Assembly (NCBI RefSeq): GCF_009914755.1
Contig: NC_060926.1
DNA: 64,000 nucleotides
Direction: 5' to 3' (one strand)
From: the human T2T-CHM13v2.0 reference genome, Homo sapiens
In this document: positions 49,085 to 64,000 of the stretch, one piece after another
How the letters are laid out: every line of letters begins with the position of its first letter
Position numbering within the stretch: the stretch's first letter is position 1
Position numbers and translations under genes: made by a program
The notes under the pieces: model-generated
What the model saw: only the letters and a program-made list of their open reading frames with translations
The model's database searches: none
Told to the model about the DNA's origin: nothing

Positions 49085-50440
49085 AACTCAGCAAACATTT
49101 GAGTATCTACTATGGACCAACGTCTAGGTTAAGCCATGTGGTCACAGAAATGGATAGCTACACTAAGGAGTTTGTACTCGGGTAAGGGAGACAGGCATGC
49201 AAACACTGCGTGGAAAATGCCATAATACATGTGTAGAAACCCCCTCAGAAGGGTTTTACACATATGTCCTAGAGCTCAGTCTTGGAAGTGCAATTAGAAA
49301 TCTGGTAGGTAGATAAAGAGGAAAGGATGTCCAAGGCAGAGAGAACAGTGTATTCGTGGGCTGATGCAATCCATTCCAAATATTGGGAATAATTCATAAA
49401 ATCTGATTTTTAGGATAAGTGAGTTAAGGAAATAATGTGGAGATGAGACAGGAAAGAAATGCACCTAGTTATAAAGACCCTTTTATATACACCGTTCAAA
49501 ATATATCCTATTACTGATGGAAAGCTTTGGGAGTATTTTGAACAGGGATGTGGCATTTTCTCTATTATACTGTAAGTCCAATGGCAGAGGGGAGGATGAA
49601 TTCAAGTGGAAGAAGCTGGGGTTTGATAAACCACTTGGGAAACTGGTTCAGGAAAGATAATATGAGGTACTGAAACAGTGGGAATAGGGAGGAAGAGGAA
49701 AGGAGAGATTCTAGAAATACTTCAGAGTAGAATCAAAAGGACTTGGTGAACACTCAGATTTTGGAGGTGAGGGAGAGGGAGGAATTGCAGATTACTGTAT
49801 AACTCCTAGCTAGGGTAGCTAAGGAAAGAGTGGAAATTTTAAGAGTACCAGAATCTGGAGGAAAGTGAGTGAGTTTGAATATATTGAGTTTGAGGTGTTT
49901 ATGTGATAAGCAGATGGAGATATTCAGTAAGTAGCCAAAATTGTGAGACTAAAGTGGTGGCAGTAGAAGCCACAGAGCTGGTAGAATTCCCACAGGATGA
50001 ATCTGTGATATGAGGGGACTGAAAACAGATCTGGGAAAGGCCAGCAGCTGGCGATGGGCTGAAGATTCCTGATGGAGACCAATCAGCAGCAGAGGGGTGA
50101 GATGAGAACCAGGAGAGAGGGCACCACGAAGGCAGCAGAGGACCGGATCTGGGGAGGTGCAGGTGACAAGGGAGAGGAGCATGAAAAGCATTTGCTTCAG
50201 TAATGATGGTGCCCATTGATGGTGTAGAAAAAGAAACACTCATGCCTTAGAGTAGGCGGAAGCCAGATGTGAATGGGCCACAGAATTCATTCACAGTGAA
50301 GGTGAGCCCGTCCTCTTTTGAGAATTTGGGGAATTAAAAGAAGAGTAAATGGGCAATAGCTAGTAGGGATGATAGTCAAGAGGCTGCTTTACAGGATGAG
50401 AGAACCTTCAGCATGATGAGAAGGAGCCGGTGGAAGAGAG
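49085..50440 (-). mobile_element. L2 LINE fragment (~1.3 kb)
   Basis: actcagcaaacatttgagtatctactatg...aggcagagagaacag...gtagaatcaaaaggacttggtga...ttgagtttgaggtg; purine-rich + strand. Confidence 0.75.
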
Positions 50441-50948
50441 GTTGGAATTCCTTGGTATGGAGTTCGGCTTCCTCTGAGCAAAGAGGTTCTGCTGCCTGAG
50501 TGGCCCCTTGGAGCCACTGAGGAGTTTGCCTTTTGCTTTCTCTGCCACCACCAGGTGAATAGGCGGCTTGGGAGGTGAAGCCTAGAGTTACCCTTGGACC
50601 TGAGGTTTCGTCAGCCGGAAACCTCCAGGCAGTTCAGCAGTGATGCACATCAGCAAAGCAGGGCCATCCATCTTGTGAGCTGCTTTTTGTTATCTCCACT
50701 TTGATTATCTCCTAAATAAAAATGGCACAGTATGAAACAAAATAAAGCCTGAGTAGGAGCCAGTCAGTCCTTCCTCCAAATCCCAGCAGCCTTTCGTGCA
50801 GCCTCCTGTTTTAGCATTTCTCATACTATATTGGGATTATTTTGTTTACTGACTTTCCCAAATGATGAGCCCTCTGAGGCAGAGTTCATTTTTGCTTCAT
50901 CTCGAAATCCCCAACTTCTGTATTCAAACTCCTTACCCCTTACCATAA

Positions 50949-51677
<729 letters not shown>

Positions 51678-54036
51678 TCATAACTGATTTTTAAGTATTT
51701 AAAAATCCCACAGGTCATTCTTTAACATGCTAAAAGTTGCTCTAACTCTCAGTGGTCTAGAGTCCCATGGTCAAGAATACTCATGGTCACCTTCTTTGAG
51801 TTTCAGACAAACAACTCTCTTTTTGTACAAGTCTTAAACTGCTCTGCTCTTTAAACCAAATACATACACACATACACAGATATAGTTAGATACAGATGTG
51901 TGTGCATATAAAAATATGACACTCCTTAGTAAAATATTCCTCTAGACCTGGGGTTCACACATCCCTCCTCCTGATCCGTGCTGGTGCCTACTCAGGCACT
52001 ACTTTGCAGATTTCTCTTCTATGAGCTAAGGTTTTTCTGAGCTAAGGTCAAGCGGTGACTTAGCAAGTTGAACGTGTAATGAACCAAACCTGTTTTTCCA
52101 TGGAACCAATAATAATTAATCTAGAATGAGCCATTTGGCCTCCAGAAACAAAGAGATTTCCATCACAGAGTGTTGGTGAGGGGTCATGAGTAAGGCGGGG
52201 GGGCAGTGAGAGCAGCTGTTTTATTGTGAGAGTAGCAGGCAGGCTGAATGAGAAGGGGTTAGCTGTTGAGTCCACATCAGGCTCTGCTGCAGTGTGGCCA
52301 GGGTTAAGGTACTTTATTTTAAAGCCCTTTGGAACTTTCCTTTCTCTTTTATTTCCAATCTGATTTTTTTCATCTGTCCTTAAATGCTCTGTGTATATGA
52401 ACTTCAACTTCTTTATTCAATCCCTAGTCTTTTAACCTGAGCTTGATGGGCTATACCACACCTTAGAAGGAAAGGCTACCTAGGCCTCCCCTGGGCTGCC
52501 CCCACCGGCATTCAAGGATTGTATTTTTATCCAGGAGACCTGGGCTGGTCCCTATGGAGGAGGACAAGGGGCACAATTAAGGTAATTAAACTGGCCTCCA
52601 CGTGTAGGACAGATAGAAGGACAATTCTTGGAGGTAGACAAAGCTTACTGAATTGGTGTGATGTGATTGGTATTTAGGATTAACCAAAAGTATATTTTGC
52701 TGTATGAAATAGGTCAATACTTTAAAAAATATACATTCCCATTCTGTTTATCCATGGCGGAAGTAAATGTGACCCCCCCGAGCCCCACCAGTCTCCTCCC
52801 AGCAGGATATTGTCCTGTCCTCTTCAGAATGGGAGCCTTTCCAGAGATGGAAGCAGCAGAATGAAGAGTACTCAAAGTGACTCAAAGGTTTTGCATTTGG
52901 CAGAATATTAGACCCAATCTGATGGTGAATGGGGAGCAGGTTGTAACTTTTATTTCGGACGTGTAGTATAATTCTTCTCCAGTTAGTACCAGAACATTCT
53001 AGTGGCATCAGAGCCACTGGATTTAACATCTGAAGGCTTGAATTCAAGGCCAGCTCTGTCACTTAACTAATTCTAAACAAGCTACTTTGTGTTCCTGAGT
53101 TTCAGCGTTCTTGTCTGTGAATGGGATGGTATGCCCATCTTGAAGACACAAATGAGACAATACACATTTGACCTGTAAAGTTTATATGAGGACATCCTCC
53201 AGGCCTCTGAAATTATCAGACTGGAGCAGAGGTGAGCAGTCAGGGAAGGATATGGAGATTTTGAAGGCTTCAAAGGTTACTGACAGATGAGACTTTCTGA
53301 AAAGGAAGTGCTGAAGTGCCAAGCCTTCAGGCTTAACAGGTCCCTCAGCTGAGCTTTGGGAGTGAGGGCATGTTAAGCAGATGGAGAAAAAGAGGCAGTA
53401 AAAAATTTAAAAGGAAGAAAAGTAGCAGATCAATACAGTGTTGTGGAAACCATGGGAGAAGAACAGAAGTGAGCAACAGTGTCAGATGCCATTAAAACCC
53501 CGTAGATATAACCGTAAGATGTTTTCCCAACCAAAAGGAAGAAAACAAGGACATGGAAACATCAAAAATAAAAATTCTTAAAAGTCTGAGCTCATCATGC
53601 CCTTGAGCTTAACTTGGTCTGAAAGACAGACATCATACTCCTCCTCTGGTCCAAAACGACTGTGTTTATCAATCTCTCAGACTTTTGTGCTTTCTTGATC
53701 AACAGCCAGAGATGTGCTTGCCTATAGCAACCCCTGGCTGAAATGGTAGATCAGCCAAAATGCCCAAGCAGAAGCTCTTTCCACAATGTCAGAAACAAGC
53801 AGTAAATCACATTTATAGCACTTGTAGATACAGCATGGGCTCCAGACACAGCAGGCAGGGTCGAATCCTGGCCCCATCTCCTCACAGCTTCAAGTTCTCT
53901 GGCTTGCCCAAAGCCAGGCTTACTCCTAGTAGAAAGGGGCGAGGGGGAATCATATGGCAGAAAGTATCCAGCACATTGTAGGTATTCAATAAATGCTGAT
54001 TTTCCTCCTTTTTCTTAGCATTAAGAAAGTATTTAT

Positions 54037-54338
54037 AGCCGGGCACGGTGGCTCATGCCTGTAATCCCAGTATTTTGGGAGGCCGAGGTGGGCGAATCAC
54101 GAGGTCAGGAGTTCAAGACCAGCCTCGCCAACATGGTGAAACCCCATCTCTACTAAAAATACAAAAAATTAGCTGGGCATGGTGGTGGGCACCTGTAATG
54201 TCAGCTACTCGGGAGGCTGAGGCAGGAGAATCACTGAACCCAGGAGGCAGAGGTTGCAGTGAGCCAAGATCACACCACTACATTCCAGCCCAGGCAGCAG
54301 AGCGAGACTCCGTCCCAAAAAAAAAAAAAAAAAAAAAA
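54037..54338 (+). mobile_element. Alu (AluSg-like), sense
   Basis: gccgggcacggtggctcatgcc...atcacgaggtcaggagttc, long A tail. Confidence 0.95.
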
Positions 54339-56179
54339 GGAATGAAAACAAAACAAAAAACCCCATGCCTAACTATTATCTGTAGTAAGAGATCTTTCAA
54401 GCACAGATGAATCAGTAACCCAAAGTCGTACAGCTATTGTAGTGGCAGTTACTGTGTTCCTGCAGGGAGATGTACTGTTAAATACAGTGGCCTTGTAGTG
54501 TGTATGTACCTCACTGGGCTTGGAATCAAGACCCTGGGCTTCTCTCTGTGGCTGCTGAAGCAGTTGAGGCAGTTCACCACTCTATAGCGTAATCTCATTT
54601 GTAAAACGGAGAGTTGATTTCTTGGGCTCCTTTTTGAACTGTGCTTTAGCAAGTATATCCTCTGTTATGACAAGACTCAGAGATTTTTAAGTAAATGTCT
54701 CACCTAGCTACAGTACACCCTGTAAGTACACTTGTCAAAAGATAGCCAGAGGAAGTAACTCAAGAGGGTCACCACTTCTCTGTATTTCACCCTCAGGCCT
54801 GGCTCTCGCCTTCTAGTAAACTTGGTGGCTGGTTCCCAAGTCCCTTGGAACATTCTGTGTTTTGTTTGTTTGTTTACTTGTTAGTTTGTTTCAAGTCCCT
54901 TGCAGTTTAACTACCCAGAGAAGGTCTGTGGTACATAGATACACTAACCTTGTAAGAGTACAAGAAGAGTAACCTAATAGCCTGGGCCCAGGAGGTAGGT
55001 GTGGAGGGAACCAGGAAACTACAGATATAGGCCACACTTAGCTTAGGGACTGGCGTGTCTGATTAGGCCTTGGTGTCACAATTGTATGGCCCACTATCAG
55101 TATTGATATTCTTAAATTTGACTTTGAGTCATTTAGAAAGGGATAGGGGAGCAGTAAATGTAAGGTCCATTTTATAGAGATTTTTATCAAAAACAATGAA
55201 AAATAAAAGTTTTAGAGCTTTCAAAAACAAACCCCAGTTATCTGGAAAGCACAGCTGTCAGAAATGGTTTACTGACTGTGAATATGCATGCTTTTCTTCG
55301 GATTAACAATGATTCAATACCTTTGATTGAAAAGTATCTTATTCCTTTAAATTTGGATGTACAAGTCAGGCAACTCACTCAAGTCAAGGGCTTGCCTCAA
55401 CATGATCACCTTATGTTTGCACAGTTTATTCTCTTTGAGTTAGTTAAATTTCAGAATAATATGACAATTTAAAAACAGTATTTTAGGCAGCAATCATACC
55501 TTTATCTCAAATGAAATTTCTAATCAGAATTGCTATCAAAGAGGAACATTAATTTCCATTCCCCTGCTGCCTGTCCCACCCATGCTCATAGAAGAAGTAA
55601 TGACCAAGGAGCTAGTCAGAAAACAGTAGCAAGAAAACAAAACAAAAAGCTGGACAATTCACAGGCCAAAGAGGTAATCCTAAATATACAAAGATTGATT
55701 ATATTGTGGGTCTTTAAAAAAAAAAAAACACTCACAAATAAATTGGTTAGCAAAAAAAGAAAGAGCCTTTATCTTAAAGAAAGCACCTATGAGAATGGAG
55801 AGAATATTGCATGATCAAAGCACAAAGGAAAAACTGTCTGACCGAGGTTTCATCAGGCTTCCTCTCTGTTCAGATCTTTTTCTGATCTGTGGTCCGGTTT
55901 GGCTGCAGGACCCCATTTGACCGTAGATTCTCTAGAGCTATGATTTTTTATTTGCTGGAAGAAGATTGTAGAATTAAAAATGAAGAGTTCCAAAGGACTC
56001 TGAATTTACCTCAAATAAATAGATGGACAAAACTAAGTTGAAAGCTTAGTTTTCAACTTGTTTTGAAAGTTGTTTTGAAAGCTTGGTTTGTATTTTCTCA
56101 GCTGGAAATCAGGCTAGGAAAAGAAATTATATAGACTCAGGTTTGTTTGTCTGTTTTAATTGCTTCTAAGAGAAAAGTG

Positions 56180-56420
56180 AGTAATAATAGGTATCATTTA
56201 TGAAGACCTGCTATGTGCCAAGTATTCTGCACATATATTCATTATACCATGTAAACCATCCAGGAGCCTTGCAAGGTAGGTATTATCCCATTTTAAAGAT
56301 GAGAAAACCTAGACTTAGAGAGTATAGTCAGTTGCCTGAGGTCAGGTAGCAACTGGCAAAGGAGGAATCAAGCCCAGATCTGTCAAATTCCAAACACCGT
56401 TTTCTTCCCAGTATGCCATC
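56180..56420 (-). mobile_element. MIR SINE
   Basis: cctgctatgtgccaag...aggtaggtattatcccattttaaagatgagaaaac...ttgcctgaggtca. Confidence 0.8.
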
Positions 56421-57056
56421 CCTCCCATCCTTAGTTCTTTAGGTTGCAGCCTGTATTTATTGAGCACTTTTCTATGTGCAAGACTGTATGGCGTGCTTTA
56501 CCTGCTTCATTTCCAACCCTGAGCTTAAAGTTTTTTCCAGTCTTGGGAATGGGAAAAGAGGAGCACAGAGGTCAGTTCACCTGCCAAAGCTTGCCCACCT
56601 CGAGTACACATGCCTTCCTCACTCAACACTCGGCTTCACCCAGATAAGCTGTTCCCCACCCATCTTGCAGACTGAGTGGCTGATTTTTTAACATTTCTGG
56701 GGAAAATATCCCCATTCCACACATTCTAGTGGGTCAGACATTGTCCTATAATTGTAATATCCCTGCACGGTATAAGTCCAGCATGGAAACTGCTTGGAAA
56801 GGATAATGTAGAAATAAAAATAGGTTAATGAAGGTTTCTGCATGGGGGAATGACATGGTGACCAGTGCTTCTAACCAAGTCTTATGAGGAAACATGTAAT
56901 CCTTCTGCCAGATATTTGATTTAAACTGTGTCCTGTGTCAGCCTTACATCCAATCCCAAACTTCAGGCCTGACTCTCTGGATTTTTCACATAGTAAGTCC
57001 ATTATCAAGCCTTCCACTCAGCATCTCCCTTGAACATAAGAGATGTGCAAATAAGT

Positions 57057-57573
<517 letters not shown>

Positions 57574-59621
57574 TTATTTTTGATTTGTACATACTTTCCA
57601 AAGCATTCTCCATTCTAGAGGATTGTACCATGCTGGGGGCATTATAGGAAAGTGTCTGCCACACTGGAATGAGTGGTGTGAGCTTTTTTCCCTAGAAATG
57701 TTCAAGGGTAATGCTCATAGAAAGACGTTCACAGTCCTTCACTATGTGTTCAGAGCACTCCACAGTTTGCAATCTTTATCCAGAGCCTCTCTGCTCCAGC
57801 TTCTGTCCTCCAGCCTGTATTCCGTCTACCCAGATCCCCCGCATTCCCTCGCTGGGCCTCTACGGTGACTGCTTAATACTTTTCCCTCTGCCTGGATTCT
57901 CTTGCTTCTCTCCCTCCCTTCCCAGTCATAGTCCTCCCACTGCCACTGCCTATCCAAATCCTAGTTGTTTTTCAAGGCCCTGCTCAAAGCAGTCTCATCT
58001 AATAAGCCTCCTAGAAGCCCTTCGATGGAGTATCTTTGCACCCATACTGCATGGTGGTTGACACCTCTGTTATAACCTTCGTCCTCGTCTCCTTTCCTGA
58101 GAACAGTGAGTTGAGGGCATGCTGACACTGTGGGGAGGAGTTGGCCTTACTCAGCTGGGTTTCCCTAGAGCCGGCCATGGTATGTGCTCAGGGAATGTTT
58201 GTCAGTTTGGATACATGTTGTTTTCTCTAGAATGTAAAGGTCATAACTAGATCCTTTAGGGAAAAAAGTTAGATTCATTTGAGGAACTTTTTTTTTTCTT
58301 CCTAAAGCCACATTAGTCATACTTCGCATTGGGGTAGTCACAATATTCCCAAATTTGTATCTAACTGCTTCATTCTAATTTTTCAAGACAGGAATTTAAA
58401 CTGACCCTTTACTTTAACCACAGACACCTCATTTGTCCTTTTTCTTCTAATCATTTACATTTGGTACATTGTCTATGAATTCTTTGAAATTAAAAGCTTA
58501 TGACTTTTTAAAGACTTTGCCCAATTTTTAAATGCTAAGGATTTTGCATTTGAATATATTGTAATTTATTTAAGGATTCTTTTAATCAAACTCTTCCTTA
58601 ATTTAACCAGATTTCTTTTTTAATCCTCCCAGGCCAGGAGTTTATTTATTGTGACTCAATTCTTTTAAAAATAGAAGTTAAAACAGTACTAAATGCTATT
58701 TATGGTGTTCTCTCTTGCTCAATTTCTTTCTGCATCTCATAAAAGCATGTTTCTTTGTACATGTCTAGTGCAGTCCCCATTTCCTCACTAATCAATGCCA
58801 GTTAGTCACTAAATATGCATCCACTACCTACCGTGTGTCTAACCCAGTGGCAAACATGTAGGGATCTAACATAAAGATAAGTACACTGAAATTGTCAACA
58901 ATCCCCCTGAGAAGTGGATTATATGGACATGGAGGCTGGAGAAATCACTGAGCAATGGAGCATGCAAGGAAGGCTTCCTGGAAGAAGGCGGGGCTTGGAC
59001 TGCATCACAGAGTTGGAAGCAATAGCAGGTTGAAGGGAATGAACACAGAGCCAGGCCCGAGGAAATGAGAATGTCAGAGCAGCAAAGGGGCCAGGATCCA
59101 AGTAGGTGGTATATCCAGAGGGCACAGAACCCAGATGGCATAGCAGGCAGGAGGTGCAGAGTTCACACCCGGCCCCTCTCCAGGAAATGTGGACCCTCAG
59201 TTCCAGCAGGCAGCCTGGAACAGAGAATCTGCTCACTCAGTGTGTGATGGATGAGGGAGTGGATGAAGCAGAGGGACAGAGAAGCACTTGGGACAGGAGG
59301 GGTTCCTACTTTGGGGACCCCTTCATCCCAGCCTCAGCCACTGGTATGCTTTTGTCCTCATGAGAACTCACCCTGAGTGAGCCCTGCTTGGGAGCACAGG
59401 TTGGAAGCATGCAGAGTTCTAGAAAAGAGGTATTTCTGATCATCTGAACTTTGATGAGAGTAAAACCAGATAAACCCAGAAAAGCAAGGGGCGCCCTCCA
59501 GACAGGGAGAAGGACTTGGCCTGTGAGCTTCCTGACACCAGCGTCTGCTTCCTTCATCTTTGTGTCACCTATTTCTCTTCACAGATACAAAGGGCAGGAG
59601 AGTAGTGGGAAACATTGGTAA

Positions 59622-60048
<427 letters not shown>

Positions 60049-60329
60049 TGATTCAACTTGTAACCATCTAGAACCAACTCAAAGTCCATCTCTTCTGCAG
60101 AGCGGTAACCTCAGGCGGCTGCCCTTCTCCCTGCGTGACACCGCGTGTGTGCCTCTGCCATTGTCTTAGCATGCTCAACTGAAGTTGCTTCTTGACCTTG
60201 CCAGGTCTCCTTTTCCAGACCATGAGCTCAAGGGCATGGACACCCTCATTCTTCCTGGCACTCTACCCACTGTGGGTTGTTGTTTTTTTTTTTTTTCTGA
60301 AGACTATTCAGTTTTCCTGACCCTCTTAG

Positions 60330-61865
60330 TTTTTTTAACAAATGCCCCCATTTTCAAAGTAATGTTTATCTGTTTATACACACGCGCACACACACACACA
60401 CACGATTATGTAAAACATATCCACACACTTTAAAGATTCATAAACACTACTCAACTTAAGAAATAGAATAGTGCCAGTATCATAGACGTCCTGTGGGTGT
60501 CTCTCCCAGAAGGAACCACTACCCTGAATTTTATGTTAACTGCCCTCTTGATTTTCTCAATAGCTTTACCACCTAGTATATATCCATAAAAATATATCAT
60601 TTATTTTTTCTATTTTTGAACTTAATATAAATGGAATCATACTGATTTCTGCGTCTGTGAATATTAATGTCTTACTTTTTTAAACTTTTTAAAATTATAA
60701 ATATTTAAGGCATACACATGTGTATAAAGACTATGAAAACAAATACCCATGTACCCACCTTAATCAAATCTTCATAATTTGCTGTAATTGCTTCTGAGTT
60801 TTTTTAAAAAGAAATAGCACATTGTCAGGCCGGGCACAGAGGCTCATGCCTGTAATCCCAACACTTGGGAGGCCAAGGCGGGCAGATCACCTGAGGTCAG
60901 AAGTTCAAGACCAGCCTGGCCAACATGGTGAAACCCCATCTCTACAAAAAAAATACAAAAATTAGCTGGGCATGGTGGCACACACCTGTAGTCCCAGCTA
61001 CTTGGGAGTTTGAGGCAGGAGAATAGCTTGAAGCTGGAAGGCGGAGGTTGCAGTGAGCCGAGATCACGCTACCACACTCCACCCCGTGTGACAGAGAGAC
61101 TCTGTCTCAAAAAAGAAAAAAAGAAAGGAAAGGAAAGGAGAAAGGAATAGCAGAAAGGAAAGGAGAAAGGAAAGGAGAGCAAAGGAAAATAGCACACTGT
61201 CAATTCAGTTGAAGCCCCCTGAGTGCCCCTCCAAAATGCACCCCCATCCTTTACTCATTCCCTTTTCCCCACCCACAGAGGTAACCACTACCCTTAATTT
61301 GGTGTATATCTTTCCTATGCATGTTTTTATACTTTAATTACATAGACATTCCTAAATAGTATGTAATGTGTGCACGTTTTTGATCCTTGTAAGTATATAC
61401 TGAACAGTGTTCATCTGCAGCTTGCTTTTTTCACTGAACATTTGGTCCTTGAGATTCATCTAGGTTGACACATGTAGCCCTAGCTCATTCATTTAAACTG
61501 CTGTAAGGTATTCCTGTGAAAGAATAGGCACAATGTATTTATCCGGTCTCCTGTTGATAGACATTTAAGATGTTTCCAGTTTTTGTTATCACAAGTGGGG
61601 CTACTTTAGGCCTTCTCCTGCGATCTTTTTACACACATGTGGTAGTTTCTTAAGAGTGGAATTGCTGTGTCGTGGAGTACATACACCTTTACTTTTACTG
61701 TACAAGGTTTTAGCAATTTATATCATCATCATCATCATCAGGGAATGGGAATTCCCAATGTTCCACAGCCTGACAACACTTGGGTATTTTCCAGTTTTAA
61801 AATGTTTGTCAATCAAATGGGCATGAAGTGGAAGTTCATTGAGGTTTTAATTTGCATGTGCTTTA
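60330..61865 (-). mobile_element. Old L1 (L1ME-like) 3' fragments with a sense Alu (60828-~61115) and a (GAAAG)n tail to ~61188
   Basis: gaggtaaccactaccctt, ttgagattcatctaggttg, gaggttttaatttgcat; Alu TSD aaatagcaca(t/c)tgtca. Confidence 0.75.
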
Positions 61866-62602
61866 TATGAGCCTTTACTGAGTGTTTCTCATGTGTCATG
61901 CGCTGTACTAAGTGCTAGAAATACTAAAATAACTAATTCACAGCCCCTGCGCTTAAGGACTTCATGGTTCTCTGCAGTGATTCCTACCTGGGGAGGCGAA
62001 TTAAAATCACTTGAGGTGCATTTTCAGAAATGAGGTTTAGGGAATGCAGGCTCTTAGGTAGGAGGCATTTGTGAAATAGTAAAAGCTAAATCTTCCTTAA
62101 CACTTGGGCCATCGTGTATAACTTGTTAATGTGTTCTCTGTCATCCAAAAAAGGCTAATTTATTTTCAGTATATCATATTTACTGAGACATGAAGTTTAG
62201 AAAGATTTTCATCAAAATAGTTAAAATTTAAGAACCTGAAACATATGCTACAGTTATCAGAAATTTCACATATACAGAACAGTGTATAAAGTTAGATGGA
62301 AGAAAAAAACCACTTAAAGAAGGGTGGTAGGGAAAAGAAATGAACACATACTGAGTACCTGTTTGGTTTTTATTTAGTTCTTTCAACAAACACTATGAGA
62401 TAGAAATTATTATCCTCATTTTACAGATGAGAAAATCAGGATTCAAAGAGGAGAAATATTTTGCCTATGATATCATCACTAATTAATGGTGTAGCCAATA
62501 TTTGAACTCACTTTATCTGACCTCAAGGGCATACCATGCTGTCTCTTTCCATAATAGGATTTTTTAGCATATGTGGAAAAATCCAAGAAACTTCAAGCTT
62601 CA

Positions 62603-62945
<343 letters not shown>

Positions 62946-63789
62946 TTACATGATCATATCATAACCAGCTTAAACCAGTGAAAAGTAGAACACATGTAAC
63001 AAAATCTGGTTAATATTTAGTCTTTCTTGTCACTTAAAAGAAAGGTAGTGATAATAAATGGAGATACCTTAAATAGATACTTCTGAATTGGAAAATGTTA
63101 CTTTTATATTTCTTGTAGGTGAGTATTTTGGATATGTAGTGTTAATTTTCCAGTGGTTGGAATCCACATGTCTCAAAGGTTTAGTGTGTAGGTAGTAAGA
63201 TCGTGGTTGCTCGGTAAATATATGGCAGTCTTCCCACATTGTGGGGATAGCCTGGGAATGAAAAGTATACAGATTGCTCTCAGGAACAATCAGCCTCAAA
63301 TGGAATCCTCACTGGAGAGTGACTTTACAGCAATTCAACAAGGGGTTAAAACGTTTCCTAACGAGGCTTGGAGGAACTGGAGCATCCTGAGAGGACTGGA
63401 AATGGGAATATAACCATAACCACCACAAAGCGCATCTATGAGTATCTTCCCTGCCGACCCAAGATATGGGGGAAAGCGCAGAAATATATAGTTTGGAAGG
63501 TTTGAAGAAATGAAATAATGGCCAACTTGTGAATAATGGTGAAAATATTTGATGATGTGACTCCCAGGGAAGCAATTATGGTTAACCCCTCATTTGTTTG
63601 GCATTTTCAAGGATCGAACTGTCCCGCAAAACTGAACTTTCCAGACAACTAAAATTTTCCTGTTTATATGCCTTGAATGCTTTCTTAACCATGCTTGGTG
63701 GAAATATTTCTGAAATAGATTATACAATTATATGTACATAGATTATACAGTTATCTTGCCTTCTTGAACAGAAGCTTCAGAAAATAACG

Positions 63790-64000
63790 TTTCCTTAGAT
63801 GCCTTTGACTGCACGTATCAGAAGACCCTATTATAAGAGGTTTAATAGTAAAGATTGTCTCACATAACAAGAAATCCAGAGCTGGGTAGTTCAGGGATGA
63901 TGAATCCAGCCACACAATGATGACAGGCTGACTTTCCCTCATGGTCACAAGATGGGGCCTCAACTCCAAGCCTCAAGACCTCACATGATCAGCTCTAAGG
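63790..64000. mobile_element. MLT1 (ERVL-MaLR) LTR remnant
   Basis: tctcacataacaagaaatccagag...cctcatggtcacaagatgg. Confidence 0.6.

Noticed and set aside
54836-54902. caagtcccttg direct repeat around a (TTTG)n tract, resembling a TSD
   Set aside because: The T-rich tract is at the wrong end for an antisense retro-insertion, and 11 bp is weak evidence.
59478-59500. CTCF-like aaagcaaggggcgcc (similar partial matches near 13421 and 46272)
   Set aside because: Key core positions of CCASYAGRKGGC are missing.
63207-63575. Coding-looking ORFs, possible processed pseudogene
   Set aside because: No protein I recognise, no poly-A tail, no TSD.

Overview
Primate (almost certainly human) genomic DNA from inside BABAM2 (BRE/BRCC45, a subunit of the BRCA1-A and BRISC deubiquitinase complexes, chr2p23), transcribed on the + strand. 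Three GT-AG coding exons (8499-8598, 12620-12690, 16073-16155; probably exons 8-10 of the main isoform, numbering from memory) splice in frame to (H)[84 protein letters not shown](I). The next exon (IDLPLFF...) was not found in the window, so 16156-64000 is one long intron. The rest is intronic and repeat-rich: about 48 Alu copies (roughly 2:1 antisense), old L1, L2 and MIR fragments, DNA-transposon fossils (Tigger3a, MER20, MER58, MER119, MER112) and MLT1 LTRs. Almost all ORFs in the supplied track are Alu-derived or chance ORFs. I found no RNA gene, CRISPR array or convincing new multi-gene system. The best leads are untested splicing and regulatory hypotheses: a stop-free, phase-matched 213-nt cassette exon candidate (4439-4651); a 35-bp non-repeat direct repeat bracketing the third exon; an AP-1/ARE motif cluster at 47.4-47.7 kb; a dual-acceptor micro/poison exon; recursive-splice-like AG|GT sites; and Alu-derived poison-exon candidates. 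Repeat boundaries and subfamily names were assigned by eye and are approximate.
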